Source of the DNA: Chiloscyllium plagiosum | Taxonomy: Eukaryota | Assembly (NCBI RefSeq): GCF_004010195.1 | Contig: NC_057718.1 | Coordinates: 33,226,820-33,290,819 of the forward strand | Length of the DNA: 64,000 nt | Direction: 5' to 3' | In this document: in pieces, positions 11,780-24,986 of the stretch | Layout: each line of letters begins with the position of its first letter | How positions within the stretch are numbered: the stretch's first letter is position 1 | Program-made: the position numbers and the translations under genes | The notes under the pieces: model-generated | The model's database searches: none | What the model was told of the DNA's origin: nothing | Seen by the model: only the letters and a program-made list of their open reading frames with translations

Positions 11780-13369
11780 ATGGATAAAGTTGGAAAGATG
11801 TGGAGCAATTTAAAATACAGATGTCAGAACCTTTTTGTTAATGAAGTTGGAAGCAGAAATGAAAATGACTTAAACTGTCAGAAATGTTCGGTTAGTAAAA
11901 ATGTAAGTGTACAAGCTAGTGATTTGCCTCAGCATGGTTTAAGTCCATTAAACAGAAACAGAACTATACCACTGGTTGCAGACACGTGTCTAAAAACAGA
12001 TAAATGGAATAGAAATTGTGTTTCTGACATCCCAGAGATTGTTGAAACTGACTTAGATAAAGAGAATGAAAACTTGGCCACACCACCAGATTCTCATCTT
12101 GTTCGAAGAGACTCTTACTCCCGACATGCTCCATGGGGTGGAAAAAAGAAGCATTCTTGCTCTACAAAAATGCAAATGTCCTTTGATGTCGATAAACGCT
12201 TTAGTCGGACAAGGTATGGATTACAGAGACGTGAAAGACGCTATGGTGTAAGTTCTATACATGACATGGATAATTTGTCTAATCGGAGTATGACACGGCA
12301 ATCTATACGCCAGCGATTGCAAGAAACTGTAGGACTGTGTTTTCCACTACGAGCCCGCAATAAACAATCTAAGAGCTTACTTTCCAGCCGGAGAAAAATA
12401 TTGCTCTCTGAACTCATGCTTGAAAGATGTCCTTTTCCAGCTGGATCAGACCTAGCACAAAAATGGCATCTTATTAAGCAGCACACTGCTCCTGTAAGCT
12501 CACAGTCAGCCTGTTGGCTTGAGACTTTTGATCCAACTTTTGCTTCTGCAGAAGATGAAGAAGATAGACTTCGTGAAAGACGAAGACTCAGCATCGAAGA
12601 AGGAGTTGATCCTCCTCCCAATGCTCTTATACATACCTTTGAATCAACTGCACAAATTAATCAAACATACAAGCTGGGACCAAAGTTAGCACCTGGGATG
12701 AGTGAACTTTCTGGTGACAGTCGTGCAATAACAAATGGAGATTGGGACTCTGAAGAAGACACCACAACTCTCTGTCTCCAGGCACGCAAACAGAAATCAC
12801 GGCAAGTGGCAGCAGAAAACATTAGTCATTCTACCAAACCTGGGCCCTGGAAAGTACACACACAAATTGATTACATTCATTGTCTGGTACCAGACCTACT
12901 ACAGATTACAAGTAACTCTTGTTACTGGGGAGTGATGGACCGTTATGAAGCGGAGGCTCTCCTTGATGGCAAGCCTGAAGGTACTTTTTTACTCAGGGAC
13001 TCCGCACAAGAGGACTACCTTTTTTCTGTGAGCTTCCGCCGTTATAATCGCTCTTTGCATGCAAGGATTGAGCAATGGAATCACAATTTTAGTTTTGATG
13101 CCCATGATCCCTGTGTTTTTCACTCTTCTACAGTAACTGGCCTTCTGGAACACTATAAAGATCCCAGTTCATGCATGTTTTTTGAACCTTTGCTTACTGT
13201 TCCACTGACCAGGACTCTTCCTTTTAGTCTGCAGTACATCTGCCGTGCAGCTATCTGCAACTGTACAACATATGATGGGATAGATGTACTTCCACTTCCT
13301 CCACCTCTGCAAGAGTATCTGAAAGAGTACCATTACAAGCAAAAAGTAAGGGTGCGATGGTTAGAATGA
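11780..13369 (+). CDS. SOCS5: Suppressor of cytokine signaling 5 (529 aa)
   Basis: Starts [19 protein letters not shown]. Contains [22 protein letters not shown], the JAK-interaction region [15 protein letters not shown], an SH2 domain ([14 protein letters not shown]...GTFLLRDS) and a SOCS box (FSLQYICR...[11 protein letters not shown]). Confidence 0.97.
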   Translation: MDKVGKMWSNLKYRCQNLFVNEVGSRNENDLNCQKCSVSKNVSVQASDLPQHGLSPLNRNRTIPLVADTCLKTDKWNRNCVSDIPEIVETDLDKENENLATPPDSHLVRRDSYSRHAPWGGKKKHSCSTKMQMSFDVDKRFSRTRYGLQRRERRYGVSSIHDMDNLSNRSMTRQSIRQRLQETVGLCFPLRARNKQSKSLLSSRRKILLSELMLERCPFPAGSDLAQKWHLIKQHTAPVSSQSACWLETFDPTFASAEDEEDRLRERRRLSIEEGVDPPPNALIHTFESTAQINQTYKLGPKLAPGMSELSGDSRAITNGDWDSEEDTTTLCLQARKQKSRQVAAENISHSTKPGPWKVHTQIDYIHCLVPDLLQITSNSCYWGVMDRYEAEALLDGKPEGTFLLRDSAQEDYLFSVSFRRYNRSLHARIEQWNHNFSFDAHDPCVFHSSTVTGLLEHYKDPSSCMFFEPLLTVPLTRTLPFSLQYICRAAICNCTTYDGIDVLPLPPPLQEYLKEYHYKQKVRVRWLE

Positions 13370-13959
13370 GAACCATTAAAGGTCATATGAGAAGTGCACC
13401 CAATGATTCTTGGCTCTTTTTGAGTTGCCAAAAAATCTTACTCATTGGGTATGTAGTTGAACGTTATTTGTAAGAATTCTTTCTGAATTATTTGGGCTTG
13501 AATTGACTTAGTTTGTGGTTACTCTTTCAGGTACTTGAGCACTTTGTGGTATCTGAGATTTTTAGTGGATACTGCTGTTCTACCTACAAATTTAATGTGC
13601 ATGTATTTATTATGTTGGCTTCTAGGAATTTACTAGCTTTTATAGTCATCTCTGTGCAGGATATGGTCAAATCAAAATCATTTGATTAGGGCAACTGTGG
13701 AGCTCTGTAAAATTGATGCTAAAACATGTAATATGCACATTTATTATAGGTTCTTGGAAATCATGATGGAATTCAAATCAATTTAATGAGGTCATCCTTT
13801 GAGATCAAACACCTCTAGTGTTGAATTGACATTCTGGTAATTAATCTGGATGATTTTAATCAAATTGGAAAGATCTAATTTTTGTTTGTCTACAAAGATT
13901 TTTCTTTCCTTTTAATACACTCTTTTTGGAGTGGTTTCAGGATATTAGTTGTGTACTTA

Positions 13960-14285
13960 ATGATGCAGCTCGAGTGCTTAACTGGGTGTTTATAGTACTG
14001 CACTGTCATTGAGAGTGGATGTTAAATTGAGGAACCGTCTGCTCCTGCCTGTGGATGAAAAAGATCCCTTAACACTATTTTGTAAAGTCTTATCCCAGTC
14101 TCATAGCTAATATTTATCTGTTACATAGTGCCAGTTTTAAAACCTGTTGCTGTTTGCGGGAGCTTGTTGCACACAAATTGGCTGCCACATTTCTTGCAGA
14201 ATCAGTGACCACCATTGAAAAGAACTTCATTTGCTGTAAAGCACTTTTGGGATGACCTGAGGTTGTGAAAACCACTATTTTAGGA
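13960..14285 (+). mobile_element. DeuSINE (SacSINE1/AmnSINE1-like) relic downstream of the SOCS5 stop
   Basis: Deu-domain and tail phrases gctgtttgcgggagcttgttgcacacaaattggctgcc...ttcatttgctgtaaagcacttttgggatgacctgaggttgtgaaa. Confidence 0.7.
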
Positions 14286-17169
14286 TCATCCTGACCTTTT
14301 TGAGATTGTCATCTTGAAATAGTTTCCATGCATTTTCTTTTTGAGAATGGGCATCTTTTATTTGTACTTTAGTAGCAGTTGTCCTAATGGACATCAGAAA
14401 AACTGGCCCTTGCAATTTTTTGTACCAAATCCCAAATTAAAATTAGCTGACATGAGTGACCGTAGGACCGATGCCCTAATGTAAGATCTGCCTGAACAGT
14501 TTAGGAGAACCTTTTAATAACTGAAACGGCAGGGAAGAAAGGTCTCTAAATTGACTTTAGAAATTCAAAAATCAAGCCATTCATGTATTTAAATCTAATG
14601 GTGTGCAAGCGAGAATCCAGGCTGTAAATTGTGCAGTTGAAGTATAACAGTTTACTTTGGCAGTTAAAGGTGGGCATTGGACCAGAATGTAAATTTAAAG
14701 TGTGAAGAACATTTTAAAACTGATTAGAGGAAAAAAATCTGCAATCTCCACAAGTTCTATTTGAAATAATTGGCAGATAACAGCATGCACGTATGAACAC
14801 CTAGGGACTTGTAAAACTACAGCAGGGTCTTATGTTAAGGTAGAGGAGGATGAGCTCTGAGCAGATTTCACTTTCTGTTTTTGTTTATAATTTAGGAGAT
14901 TGGACATCCTTGCAGTTTGATCTGCAGTTACTACTACCCTATTCTGGAAGTACTTTTTGCTATGAAATAGACATCAGCAATTTCTTCCACTACTATACAA
15001 CTAAATCATCACAGAACACCAGGACAATGAACCACCTGCCCCTTTCTGCAAATGATTTTCCTTGTTAGTATTGTTGGTTTGAATATGGTGCCACTTCCAA
15101 ATATGATGGGAAGGAGTAAGGTCACTCTGTCTTACAGTTAATGAACGTTTCTGTTGACTTTTTGTTTAGGATGTTTGCATTTTGAAAGTGATCATTTAAA
15201 ATATTTGTGACCCAAGACCAAATATGAATTTAAAACATGAACTTAATATTTTAGTAAACATCCAGAAAAGATTTTTATTTACCTTGATGTTTTCCATAAA
15301 AGGTGAAAACAGTAATCTTTGTTATCCTTTTCAATTAGCCTACTTTGTCATAACTATTGATCATTTTCACTTATTTTTATTTCGAGACCCACAACAATGT
15401 GGTTGCCTCCTAACTGCCCTATGGGCAATAAGCAGTGGGCAATAAATGCTGGCTTAGCCAGTGATGCCCTGATCACGTGAACGAATGATAAAAGAAAAGA
15501 ATGCACTCCAAGGGGTGTTTTACTTTCACATTTTCTTTCTATCAAAACTTTAAGTATCCAAAATGTTTAAGTATCCACTACTTGGATGTAAGGAAAATGT
15601 TTATTATGTATTGGCTCCAAAATAACTCTGACACCTTTTTTTTAAAAAAATCCAGTCATGTTCTTGAGATGCAAATGAAATTTCTGCAATACTGACCAGA
15701 AGCTTGATAGTTGCTCAATAAAATGCTGTGATCCTTAACTTCTTTTGTCTAAAGAGCCATTTTGGACTGCCTTTGCAGTTTTGGCTACATGTAGCCCATT
15801 TCTATCCAAAATCAGCTTATTTGGTCTTGTGTTCTGCAGCTTGTGTATTGCATGCTGTGTATTTTCCTTCTGTGACTAAGGAAAAAGCAGCATTTAGCAG
15901 AATTGCTTTACATTTTTAGGAAAAAACGGGCACAAACTTATTTTATTGAACCAGATTGCTTTGTGTCCTTGTACTGATTCAAAATCTGATGTTCAGCCGG
16001 GATTTTAGTTTGACTGCTTGTGATTACTGGAAAGTGAATTTATTAAATTGGCAATCAGTTTCCGGGTGAAATAGGAAGTTATAATGTAAAATCTGCTTTT
16101 AAAAACAATTCTTCAATTCCCTATTTTGTTTTAAGATATACTTTTTTTTGAAAGACTTGCTTTAATAGCACGATTGTATATTTGATGCGCTGAATAAGTA
16201 CAAGTCTGAAAACTCCTTGGCCATCCTATGTCTTTTTATTTTAAGAGTTATATGCTTGATTTGGAATATTGCCCACACGTTGTGAAGCTGAACTTCAGTT
16301 TTATCACATCAGAATTCTTTCAAATTTGGTTTATTTGAACTTCTAAGCTATTCAGTAAACTTTGTAAACACTTGTTTTATATTTGAGGTTTACTTCTTGC
16401 CATACATTTGATCATGTAGTTTGTCTTGCTGGATGTATAGAGCGTACACATTTAAGTTGTAACTATTTGTCACCAGCATAGTTAACCTCCCACAATTTTG
16501 TGTATATCCCAACTGCATCTCTTTTTAATCTTCATTTCTGTACCTGCACAAAGTTATTCAATTAATCTAAGCTCGTTAGCAAAATCGCCATCTTTATGTT
16601 GAGCCCTGTGATGCATGCTCCTAAATTATAGAATTGTGGAAATTCAATTGTGTAAATTTGTTCTCATCAGTACCTGAAATTGTTAATGTGGAACTCTGAT
16701 CAACATTACCTGATTTACTGACTTGAGGTGCTTTTTGGAAGCAATAATTTGTTAAAAGAACATGATATACTGTGCTTTTCTTTTCCAACTAAAAGGATCT
16801 TGTTGGACAGATTCTCAATTTCTGACATCATTTTACTCAGATTGTTGAGAGGGGCCTGGCATTGAGAATGGGGTCCAAAATCCTTTATCTGGAAATAACA
16901 TTAACATTTTCTCCAAACTTTTAAAATCTTGGCTGTTCAGAAAAAAGAGATCTGAAGGGACATTTTGTTTCTCTGAAGATTTCACATCAAGTGAGAGTGC
17001 AACTGAAATAAAACATTATTTTTGTTAATTAATCTTTAATGTACAAATAGGATATTGCTCATCTAAAAGCAAAATAGACATATGATATTGTTCCTTTTGA
17101 GAATCTTTCTGTAGTTGGAGCATAATCTCCAATAAGGTACATACTTCAGGTAAATCAAACAAAGATGTG

Positions 17170-17420
17170 CACCTGTTCTGGTGAATTCTACCGCATTATT
17201 CAAAGAATTGGGAGCTCTCTTCTTTTGAGCTTACTATGCCTCTTCATTCAGTATCATCCAAACCAGATTAACTGGTCACTTATCTGTTGAGTGTATGCAA
17301 AATGGTGCTAATGTGGATAAGTTGCTGTGTTTGCCTGTCTGTCCCTTTCATTGAAAAGTAATTTTTGTATAAGTGCTTGACATTTCAACATGAAAGACAT
17401 TGTAAACGCAGATATTTTCT
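17170..17420 (+). mobile_element. DeuSINE relic (more degenerate)
   Basis: Weak colinear similarity to 14040-14280 (gcattattcaaagaa...gttgctgtgtttgcct...cattgaaaagtaat...tgtataagtgcttgacat..catgaaagac). Confidence 0.45.
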
Positions 17421-18424
17421 TTTGCTTTTCGTCTGGGTGTGTTCTTATACCATTTTCCATAAATGCTAGTGTTAGACCAATGAGTAATGGTCTGTTGAGG
17501 CCTGCACCAGCCAATTGCACTGGTTTCTTATTGGTGCGAGTTTCAGATTTTATTCAAAAGTTCAATAATTGAGTATGGATCTTTTCTAATGAAATATCTT
17601 TAATGTCTTTTGTGCCTTCATTATTGCACAGGTTTTCAGATTTTTAAGCTCCCATATTTATGTGGAGGTTTTACAAACAAACAAATAAAGATCAATTTTA
17701 AGTAATTACTATCTCTCTATAAGTAGCTTTCACAAACTGAACTCCTTCCCAGCCTACTCCTAATTTCTGAGCTGTTTTCATTCTTATATTCAGTACTTGT
17801 GTTACTTTTAAACCTCAACTGTTTTACCGAGAGCAACTTGTAGATATGATAGTTAGGTAGAGATCATCTACCTACCAAATCACCAAATGTTTAATATGGT
17901 ACGGTCCCAATTGATTCTCAGTGGGATAATACTGTCCTGTATGTGCGTGCAAGCTGGATAACATTTGAACACTTCCCATCAGGATTCCAGACTAAGGTTT
18001 TTTACAGTAATATTTCAATAAATTAAAGTTGAGCTTTTGGTGACAATTGTATCTTGTATCAATTTAATAGCTCTTTATGGCCTGAAGGCAAACAATTCAT
18101 GTGAAGTACAAACCAAATAGTTTTTTGCATGTAATTTTCAAGCCACTTTAGAGGTTGTATCCTAATTTGTTTGCTGATCTAGATTACACAGATATGTTTA
18201 ATGGATTTTAATCAGAACTATTCAAAACTGATACAGTTAAATGTATTCACAAGTAAATGTTGGCTAAACTCTGAAAATTTACCTTTTTGTTAGGGGGGGT
18301 TGGAAATGAAGTTTTCAATAGCTCCAAATTCACAAGGATTTTTGTTTTTCAAAAGGTGGTGAGAATTGGTACAACTTTGTTAATATTGTCTTGGGTGGGG
18401 CCAGGTAAGATGATACAGACCTGT

Positions 18425-18960
18425 ACAATAAAATAAAGCACAGGAAGAGATCCTTAGGCCCATTTAAGTTTGTGCCGATTCCTCGTTCTTATTTAGACCT
18501 GCTATTTATTGCCCATGTGTGGTATCTGTCCCTCTGTTTGCCTCACATTCGTGTGCTATCAGGATAAACCTTAAATGTCGCTAATGTGCCTGCTTCTACC
18601 ACCACTACTGGCATTCCAGGCATACATCACTGTCCATATGAAACATTTTTCATGCGCTTCTCCTTGAACCTGTGCCATCTTGCAGTTGGCATTTCCGTCC
18701 TGGGAATAAGCCTCTGACTATCCATTCTGTCTATGCCTCTCATAAATTTGTAGATCCCTCAGGTTGCCCTCAGCCTCTGTATTTCCAGTGAAAACAAACT
18801 GAGTTAATCCAACCTCTCCTCATAACTAAAACCCTCCAGATCAGACAAGCTCCTGGTGAACCTCCCCTGCACCTTCTCCAAAGCATGTACATCCTTCCAG
18901 TAGTGTGGTGATCAGAACTGCACGCAGTATTCCAAATGTGACCTAAGTAAAGTTTGATAT
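18425..18960 (-). mobile_element. CR1-type LINE 3' fragment
   Basis: Colinear with 27670-28230 (ccctccaga...cagaactgcacgcagtattccaaatgtgacctaa). Confidence 0.75.
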
Positions 18961-20543
18961 TGAACTACCACATTAACAACTTGATTAAAGATATTAAAAG
19001 TTAATGATTGGATGAAAATAAACCACCTTGTTTCAATGGCCATTTTGAACTCTGAATTAGGGCAGTCTCAATTCTGGGTCCACAGTACAAAGCTGCCTTT
19101 GAAATGGCACCTAGTGGCCATAAGGATAGCGAATGTGGAAATTGAATTTCTATGTATGAATTTAAATCTTGGCAAAATATTGCACTGATGTTTTTCTTTT
19201 TTTTTGTAATTTACATGAGACACTTTGACTCATTTGGTCCTCAAAATGGTAGAACTTAATTAAGTTTGCCGTTTCTCCTGAGTGTTTTCAGTCTACCTTA
19301 TAAGGTATTAAACCAGTAAACTAAATTGGGATTGTCTATGTATTTGTTTGCACAGTGGCATGCAGAGAATGTCATTTTGCTTTCATTCCTCTTTGTGCTA
19401 GTTTGCTTGGTGAATTCTGAAGCACTTTCCAAGATATCTAAAGCTCAATAAAATATTGGGTTCTTTGTTTACTCCTTGGTTTATTTTTTCATCTGAACAG
19501 CCTGATGGATGAACTGCAGGGATTCTGAAGACATTAGCTAGAACTACAATTTAGTCTGTGTTTGAGGAAGAACCAAATCTTAGTGATATATGTTCCAATT
19601 TCGATTTTCTTCCATCAAAGTTGCCTAAAATAACAAAGTTCCACCACCTGTTTGAGCAGCAAGAACTTATCTCAGTGTTTTAAGCTCGTAGAAAACTTTA
19701 TTTAGATTTTAGTTTTAAGAAATTAAAAGCTGGATCATCTTTTTAATGATTTAATTTCAGTAGACTTTTATGAGCAAGATGGTGACAAGGTCCATTTGAT
19801 ACAGCAGCTGCCGTGTTATGTTTTGAATCCATCCATTAGGATTTGTTAGCAAATTTTCTGAGCAAGGAAAAAAAAACTTCTATTTCAAAGAAAATGTGCA
19901 GTTTTTTTTTGTGGGTTCTACAATGTAAGCATGGGACCCCCTATTGTATGGTAGTATACCTGGTCATTTATTTCTAATTGTGCTTTATCTTGCATTGAAG
20001 TTGTATGAATGTGCTGTTAAACAGTATTTTTGCAGCTTAGCTGAAAGTAATTATTTGCATATATGTTGATCCCCTCAAACAAATACATTTGTGCACTTTG
20101 AGATTTTCATAAATCTCTTTTTCTGTGAGGGAATTGTGTGCCAATTGACGTATCAGATGCTTTGACGTAAGCTAATTGCTATTGGTATGTAAAGTAAGTA
20201 ATGTTTTGTTTATAACTAAATGTTAGTTCTTCTGAATTTTTAAAAACCTGGCTACATTTGCTTTTGAAGATCCAGCTTTTCGCACATGGCCAATAAATGC
20301 ATTTATTGTACAATGTATTCTGTTATATTAACATGAAAATGCCTGTCCAGGGTATTGTTTACCTTGCATATAAAAATAATCTGATTCTGTTAGCTGTAGA
20401 TTAATGCTCATTCTGTGTTGTATAAAACAGATCATTTGTATTATCAGCTCTGTTCACTTGCTGTAATATTGCAACCATTTTTTTTTTCTTTACATCCTGA
20501 AGGCTTCCTCTGTGTTCACTCTGGCTTCATTGTCTTAATATGA

Positions 20544-20549
20544 AATAAA
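20544..20549 (+). terminator. Candidate distal polyadenylation signal of SOCS5
   Basis: AATAAA followed about 15 nt later by CA and a GU/U-rich tract (tttgtattgtgcatttttgtt), at the end of a repeat-poor AU-rich block. Other AATAAA sites are at 15717, 17007 and 20292. Confidence 0.35.
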
Positions 20550-21271
20550 GACTACAGACACAAAATGCCTTTGTATTGTGCATTTTTGTTCTCTCTGATT
20601 ATCAAGTATCAAAATTAGAGTGCTGCTGCTTCTTGCAAATGACTGGACTACTTTTTAAGGCTGGTGCGTGTTGTAAGCCACATTTAATAAAATTGATTTG
20701 CTTAACATAAGCAGAAAATCTTTGAATTCTGCATTCTAATCACTTTGTATGTCAATCTTGGTCAGTAGCATTGATGTTACAAGTAGATAGAATTCTGTCA
20801 GTTAATTTTGCAATTCTTTACACCTTCTGTAAGAACATAGTAGCAGCTGTATGCCAATGCAGCCCCTTGAGTCTGTCCCACCATTTCATAACAGCATAGC
20901 TAAAACTCTCTTTTTCTCGACTTTACTTTCCTGCTCAGACCCTATTTCCCTTTATTTACTTAGCGTTCCCAAAATAATTGCCTCAATCTTGATTATTCCC
21001 AAAAACTGACCCTATCCCTTGGGGCTCTGGATAGAATTCCAAAGATACAGTTTCTGAGAGAAAAGTCTCCAATCCTGGGGAAGCAGTGGCATAGCAATAA
21101 TATCACTCAAGTAGAATCCAGTGATTCAGATATATTGTGGATGTACTCATTCAAATCCTTCCACAGCATCTGGTGAAATTTAATTGTTAAATCTGGAATA
21201 TGAGGCTTATTAGTCTGTTACCGATGTGGTTCACCATTGCCCTTTAGGGAATTAAATCTACTATTATGGGG

Positions 21272-23053
21272 GATCCAAGATGGTGGCGACCCAGCAAGTC
21301 TGAGTCTATAGTGCTCCTCCCAAGATTTGGGCAAAGTGGGCTATCAGCCTCCTCCACACTCTCCAAATCATTTAAAATAGTTTTTACTTAATGTAATTAG
21401 TTGCTCAGTACTGAATTTAAACAATCTAATCTCCTATAAAAATGACTAAAGGGAAGCGAACCCACAGTTCTCAGCAGGCAGGTACCCCTCCCCAGCTGCA
21501 GCAGAGGCGTCCGCAGCCGCACCGGGGGACTTACCTATGGTGGCGAGCCTCGTGGAAATAATCTCTAAACTTGACGCGAAGATCGACGCCTTCATCAAAG
21601 AGTCCTGGAGCCGATAGGATTCACTCTCAGCTGCACTACAAAAGCACAACCGAGACATCAAGGAAATCGAGCACTGAATCGGAGGGGCGGAGCTAAAGGC
21701 CACGACCTCCGAGACTATAGCAGAATCGGCCATGGATCGGGTCGTCGAAAAAATATTTGTTTGCTGGGCCTTCCCAAACGGGAAGAGGAAGGCCAGCTTA
21801 GTGTTTCTCGAACAGTGGCTTCCACAGATTTTAAATCTGGAGGCTGGATCAGGCCAGGTAAGGGTAGAATGGGCCTACCGGGTTGCAATATGCGGGCCCG
21901 GCTCGAACCAGCGCCCTCGCCCGGTCCTGTTCCGGCTGCAGAGCTATAAGGACAGGCAGATGCTTTTAGAAGCTTCCAGAAATCTTGGGAAAGATCCCCA
22001 AGTCATGATTTATAAAGGATCCAAGATTGTTATTCCAGGACTTTTCCCCAGCTCTGGTCCGAAAGAGGAAGGTGTTTGACGAAGCGAAGAAGTGTTTAAG
22101 TGACTTAAATATTCAGTACTCCTTGTGCTACCCAGCAACGCTACGCTTTAACCATGAAGGGTCCGAGTATAACTTCGGATTGCCGGAAAAGGCCAAGGAA
22201 TTTTTGGACTCTTAGATAAATTGTAAGAGTTAATTGATGTTTTGCTCTCTCTTTTCTCCCCCCCCCCCCCCCCCCCCCGCCAAATGTAAAATAGAGGTGG
22301 GCACTCAGGTCCAAAAGCAATGTACAAATCATAAGATCCGTAGATATTGGACTAAAGTAGCAAGTGTTCTGACAGAAATCTTAGGAACGGAAATTACAGT
22401 GAATCCTATATCTTTCCTTTTGGGCTTTTCGAGCCTACCCTTCCTGGATATGCATGAGAAGAGATTATTTTCTATTCTCTCTTTCTGTGCAAGGAAAAAT
22501 ATTTTGGTAAACTGGGTGGCTGAGGGCCCTCCTGGACTCTCGAATTGGCACAGAATAATCATGGAATATATTTCCCTTGACTGCCTTACAAACATGGTGC
22601 ACCAAAAGACCGCATTATTCCATAAAATATGGCAGCCCTTCTTGAATTACATAAATACAGATATTTCGGCCATCCTAACAAGGGCTTTTATTAAATTGAG
22701 ACAGCGAACCTGGCTGGTCCAGGGCCTATTGGGAGAGGAATCCCACACGAATACGGGTTTTGTTATGATCTGATGATAACACATTGAGCATGTATCTCAC
22801 TACTCAATTTCTGTGTTATCAGTCGTTTTTTTTCTGAGAATGTAAGAGACTTAATTATACACTCTGGTTAGTTGTAGGTTAGATTAGTAGCTAGTTGAGT
22901 TTTGTTTTTTTTTCTTGGTATCTTTTTTCCGTTTCATAAATTTTGGATATTATTTATTTAAGATTTAATTGTATTTCAATGTTTATACTTGGGTTTTATT
23001 ATTTGTAAACTTGTAAAAATGTTAAATTTTCAATAGAAATATCTATTTTTAAA
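21272..23053 (+). mobile_element. Internally deleted L1-clade LINE: 5' UTR, decayed ORF1, extreme C-terminus of ORF2, 3' UTR
   Basis: ORF1 motifs RRKNICLLGLP, RPRPVLFRLQSYKDRQMLL, LFQDFSPALVRKRK, YSLCYPATLR. ORF2 C-terminus KCKIEVGT...YWTKV...ARKNILVNW...KIWQPF. An 18 bp TSD aaatctac(t/c)attatgggg lies at 21254-21271 and 23054-23071. Confidence 0.85.
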
Positions 23054-23067
23054 AAATCTACCATTAT

Positions 23068-23396
23068 GGGGAAGGCAGTGGCCTAGTGGAATTATTACTG
23101 GACTATTAATCCAGAGACCCAGTTAATGTTCTGGAGACCCAGGTTCGAATCCTGCCACAGCAGATGGTGGAATTTGAATTCACTTAATGTCTGGATATAA
23201 GAATCTGATGATGAACGTCTGAGAAAAACCCATCTGATTCACTAACTTCCTTTCAGGAAAGGAAACTGCTGTCCTTACCTGGTCTGATCTACGTGACTCC
23301 AGACCCACAGCAATAGGTTGACTCCTAACTGCTCTCTGGGCAATTAATCCTGACCTAGCCAGCGACACCTTCAGCCTATGAATGAATTTTTAAAAA
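23068..23396 (+). mobile_element. tRNA-derived SINE with (TGAA)n tail
   Basis: A-box gtggcctagtgg, B-box ggttcgaatcc and tail atgaatgaat; same family as 2159-2476. Confidence 0.85.
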
Positions 23397-23925
23397 TCCG
23401 GCTACTGTGATTCCAGTTGACACTTGTCTGTCCCCTGAGATGGCCTAGTACACCACAAGGGCAATTGGAGATTGGCAAGGGCAGCTCGTGGTCCCAATGT
23501 CATCCATGTCCCACGGTAAAAAAAACAAACATGTCTCTATCCTAAATTGACAATCCTTTTGTCCTGCTACAGTACGGTTCATTACTTCCTTGTATTGGTT
23601 GCTACACATAGAGGAAACAGACTCTTAGCATCAACTGTGACCAACTAATTTTTTTTTTCTTTCAGAAATGTATTGGAAAAATCCAGCAGGTCTGGAGAGA
23701 AACAGTTATCATTTCCAGTCTGATGACCTGAATTGAATTTCCTCAGCACTTTGCTTTCCTACTTGTTCTGTACCTCTGTTATCTTTGTGTGAAATTACTC
23801 TGAAATGCCCCTGAATATCAATATTTCAATAGTTGCTCAACTTGTTTAAAAAGTTTTCCATTGCTCCCACTGTGACTTAACTCACACTTCATGTATTGCA
23901 TTTAATCTGCCACATTCGGACAAAA

Positions 23926-24043
23926 GCCCTTTGCCCGAAACGTCAATTTTACTGCTCCTCGGATGCTGCCTGAACTGCTGTGCTCTTCCAGCACCACTAA
24001 TCCAGAATCTGGTTTCCAGCGTCTGCAGTCATTGTTTTTACCT
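23926..24043 (+). mobile_element. Penelope-derived family A terminal fragment (hammerhead 5' core missing)
   Basis: gcccgaaacgtcaattt...ggatgctgcctgaactgctgtgctcttccagcaccac...tctgcagtc matches the family A unit. Confidence 0.75.
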
Positions 24044-24501
24044 ATGTCTAAATCCTATTTCTAGGCTTGAAGTTCCTCTCAGGCATGCATCTTTACCTAG
24101 CTTTCTGTCATTAGCAAACTTTGGACGTATTACACTTGTTCTTCATATAAGCCATTAATATAGATTATAACTGAGATGAAAGGACCGATACATTCTGTTC
24201 TTCACTAGTAACTGCCTGCCAACCTGAAAATGATCAGGTTATTTCTGGTTTTTCCTATGCTTCAAATCCTCTGTCCTCACCAATATATCAACTATGAGCC
24301 CATCTTGTACAAGAGGTAAAGCTCCTGCTCCTCCATATTGGATGCAGCATTAGAGTACAGAATGAGATGGTCTTTGCCAGTTGGCAGGCGAGTTATCAAG
24401 AATTTATGCTGTTAAGTTTTTTTTAGTTTTCCAATAGCCTGTATTAGGCATGGTAGTCTACAAAGTGCTTTGCCCTGAGGGAGATATTGCTATTGTCTCT
24501 T

Positions 24502-24986
24502 TGTTATGGACCAGACCAGATTCCCTCAAAGTATACCCAGAAGACAGCATGGACTTACACTTTTAAAATAAGAAAAAAAGTTAAAGGTGGTGTGTTCCAA
24601 GCAATGAATTATGTTCCAGATGCAATTCAGTTGGTCAACTACTTGACTTAAGCAAAACATTTTTTGAATTTTAATCAGTGTAAAAGATAGACAAAATAAA
24701 AGAATTGTCTTAACTAATGAAATGCTTAACAAAATAATGTATATTAACTGTTCCAATGTAGTAACATACCATAAACAAACCCTAGGCAAAGTCAGTTAAA
24801 TAGATTCTCACATGCAAGTTTAGCAGCAGGAAGAGAATCCAAGCCTTTAGCTGTAAGAGAGAAATAAGAGCTTCCACATCCAGCTTCAAGACCCCAGCAG
24901 CTGCTGAAAGGTAAAATTAAAAATCTTGGTTCTGTGGGAGCTTGACCAGAACAAGGTACTACAATGGCTTTAAGAAGTGTATCACA
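24502..24986 (-). repeat. 3' LTR of the Gmr1-like Gypsy element
   Basis: TG...CA termini; direct-repeat homolog at 34443-35045; the adjacent cctctttcccctccc (24987-25001) is a minus-strand polypurine tract. Confidence 0.8.

Noticed and set aside
12241..12621. 126 aa antisense ORF within SOCS5
   Set aside because: Shadow frame of the real CDS with no independent features.
13367..13369. Selenocysteine recoding of the SOCS5 TGA
   Set aside because: The homologous residue is Arg rather than Cys, and I saw no convincing SECIS; CGA>TGA is simpler.
23068..23160. Genuine tRNA genes at SINE heads (also 11220-11298, 39184-39245, 62470-62536)
   Set aside because: A/B boxes are present, but there is no complete cloverleaf and they continue into SINE bodies.
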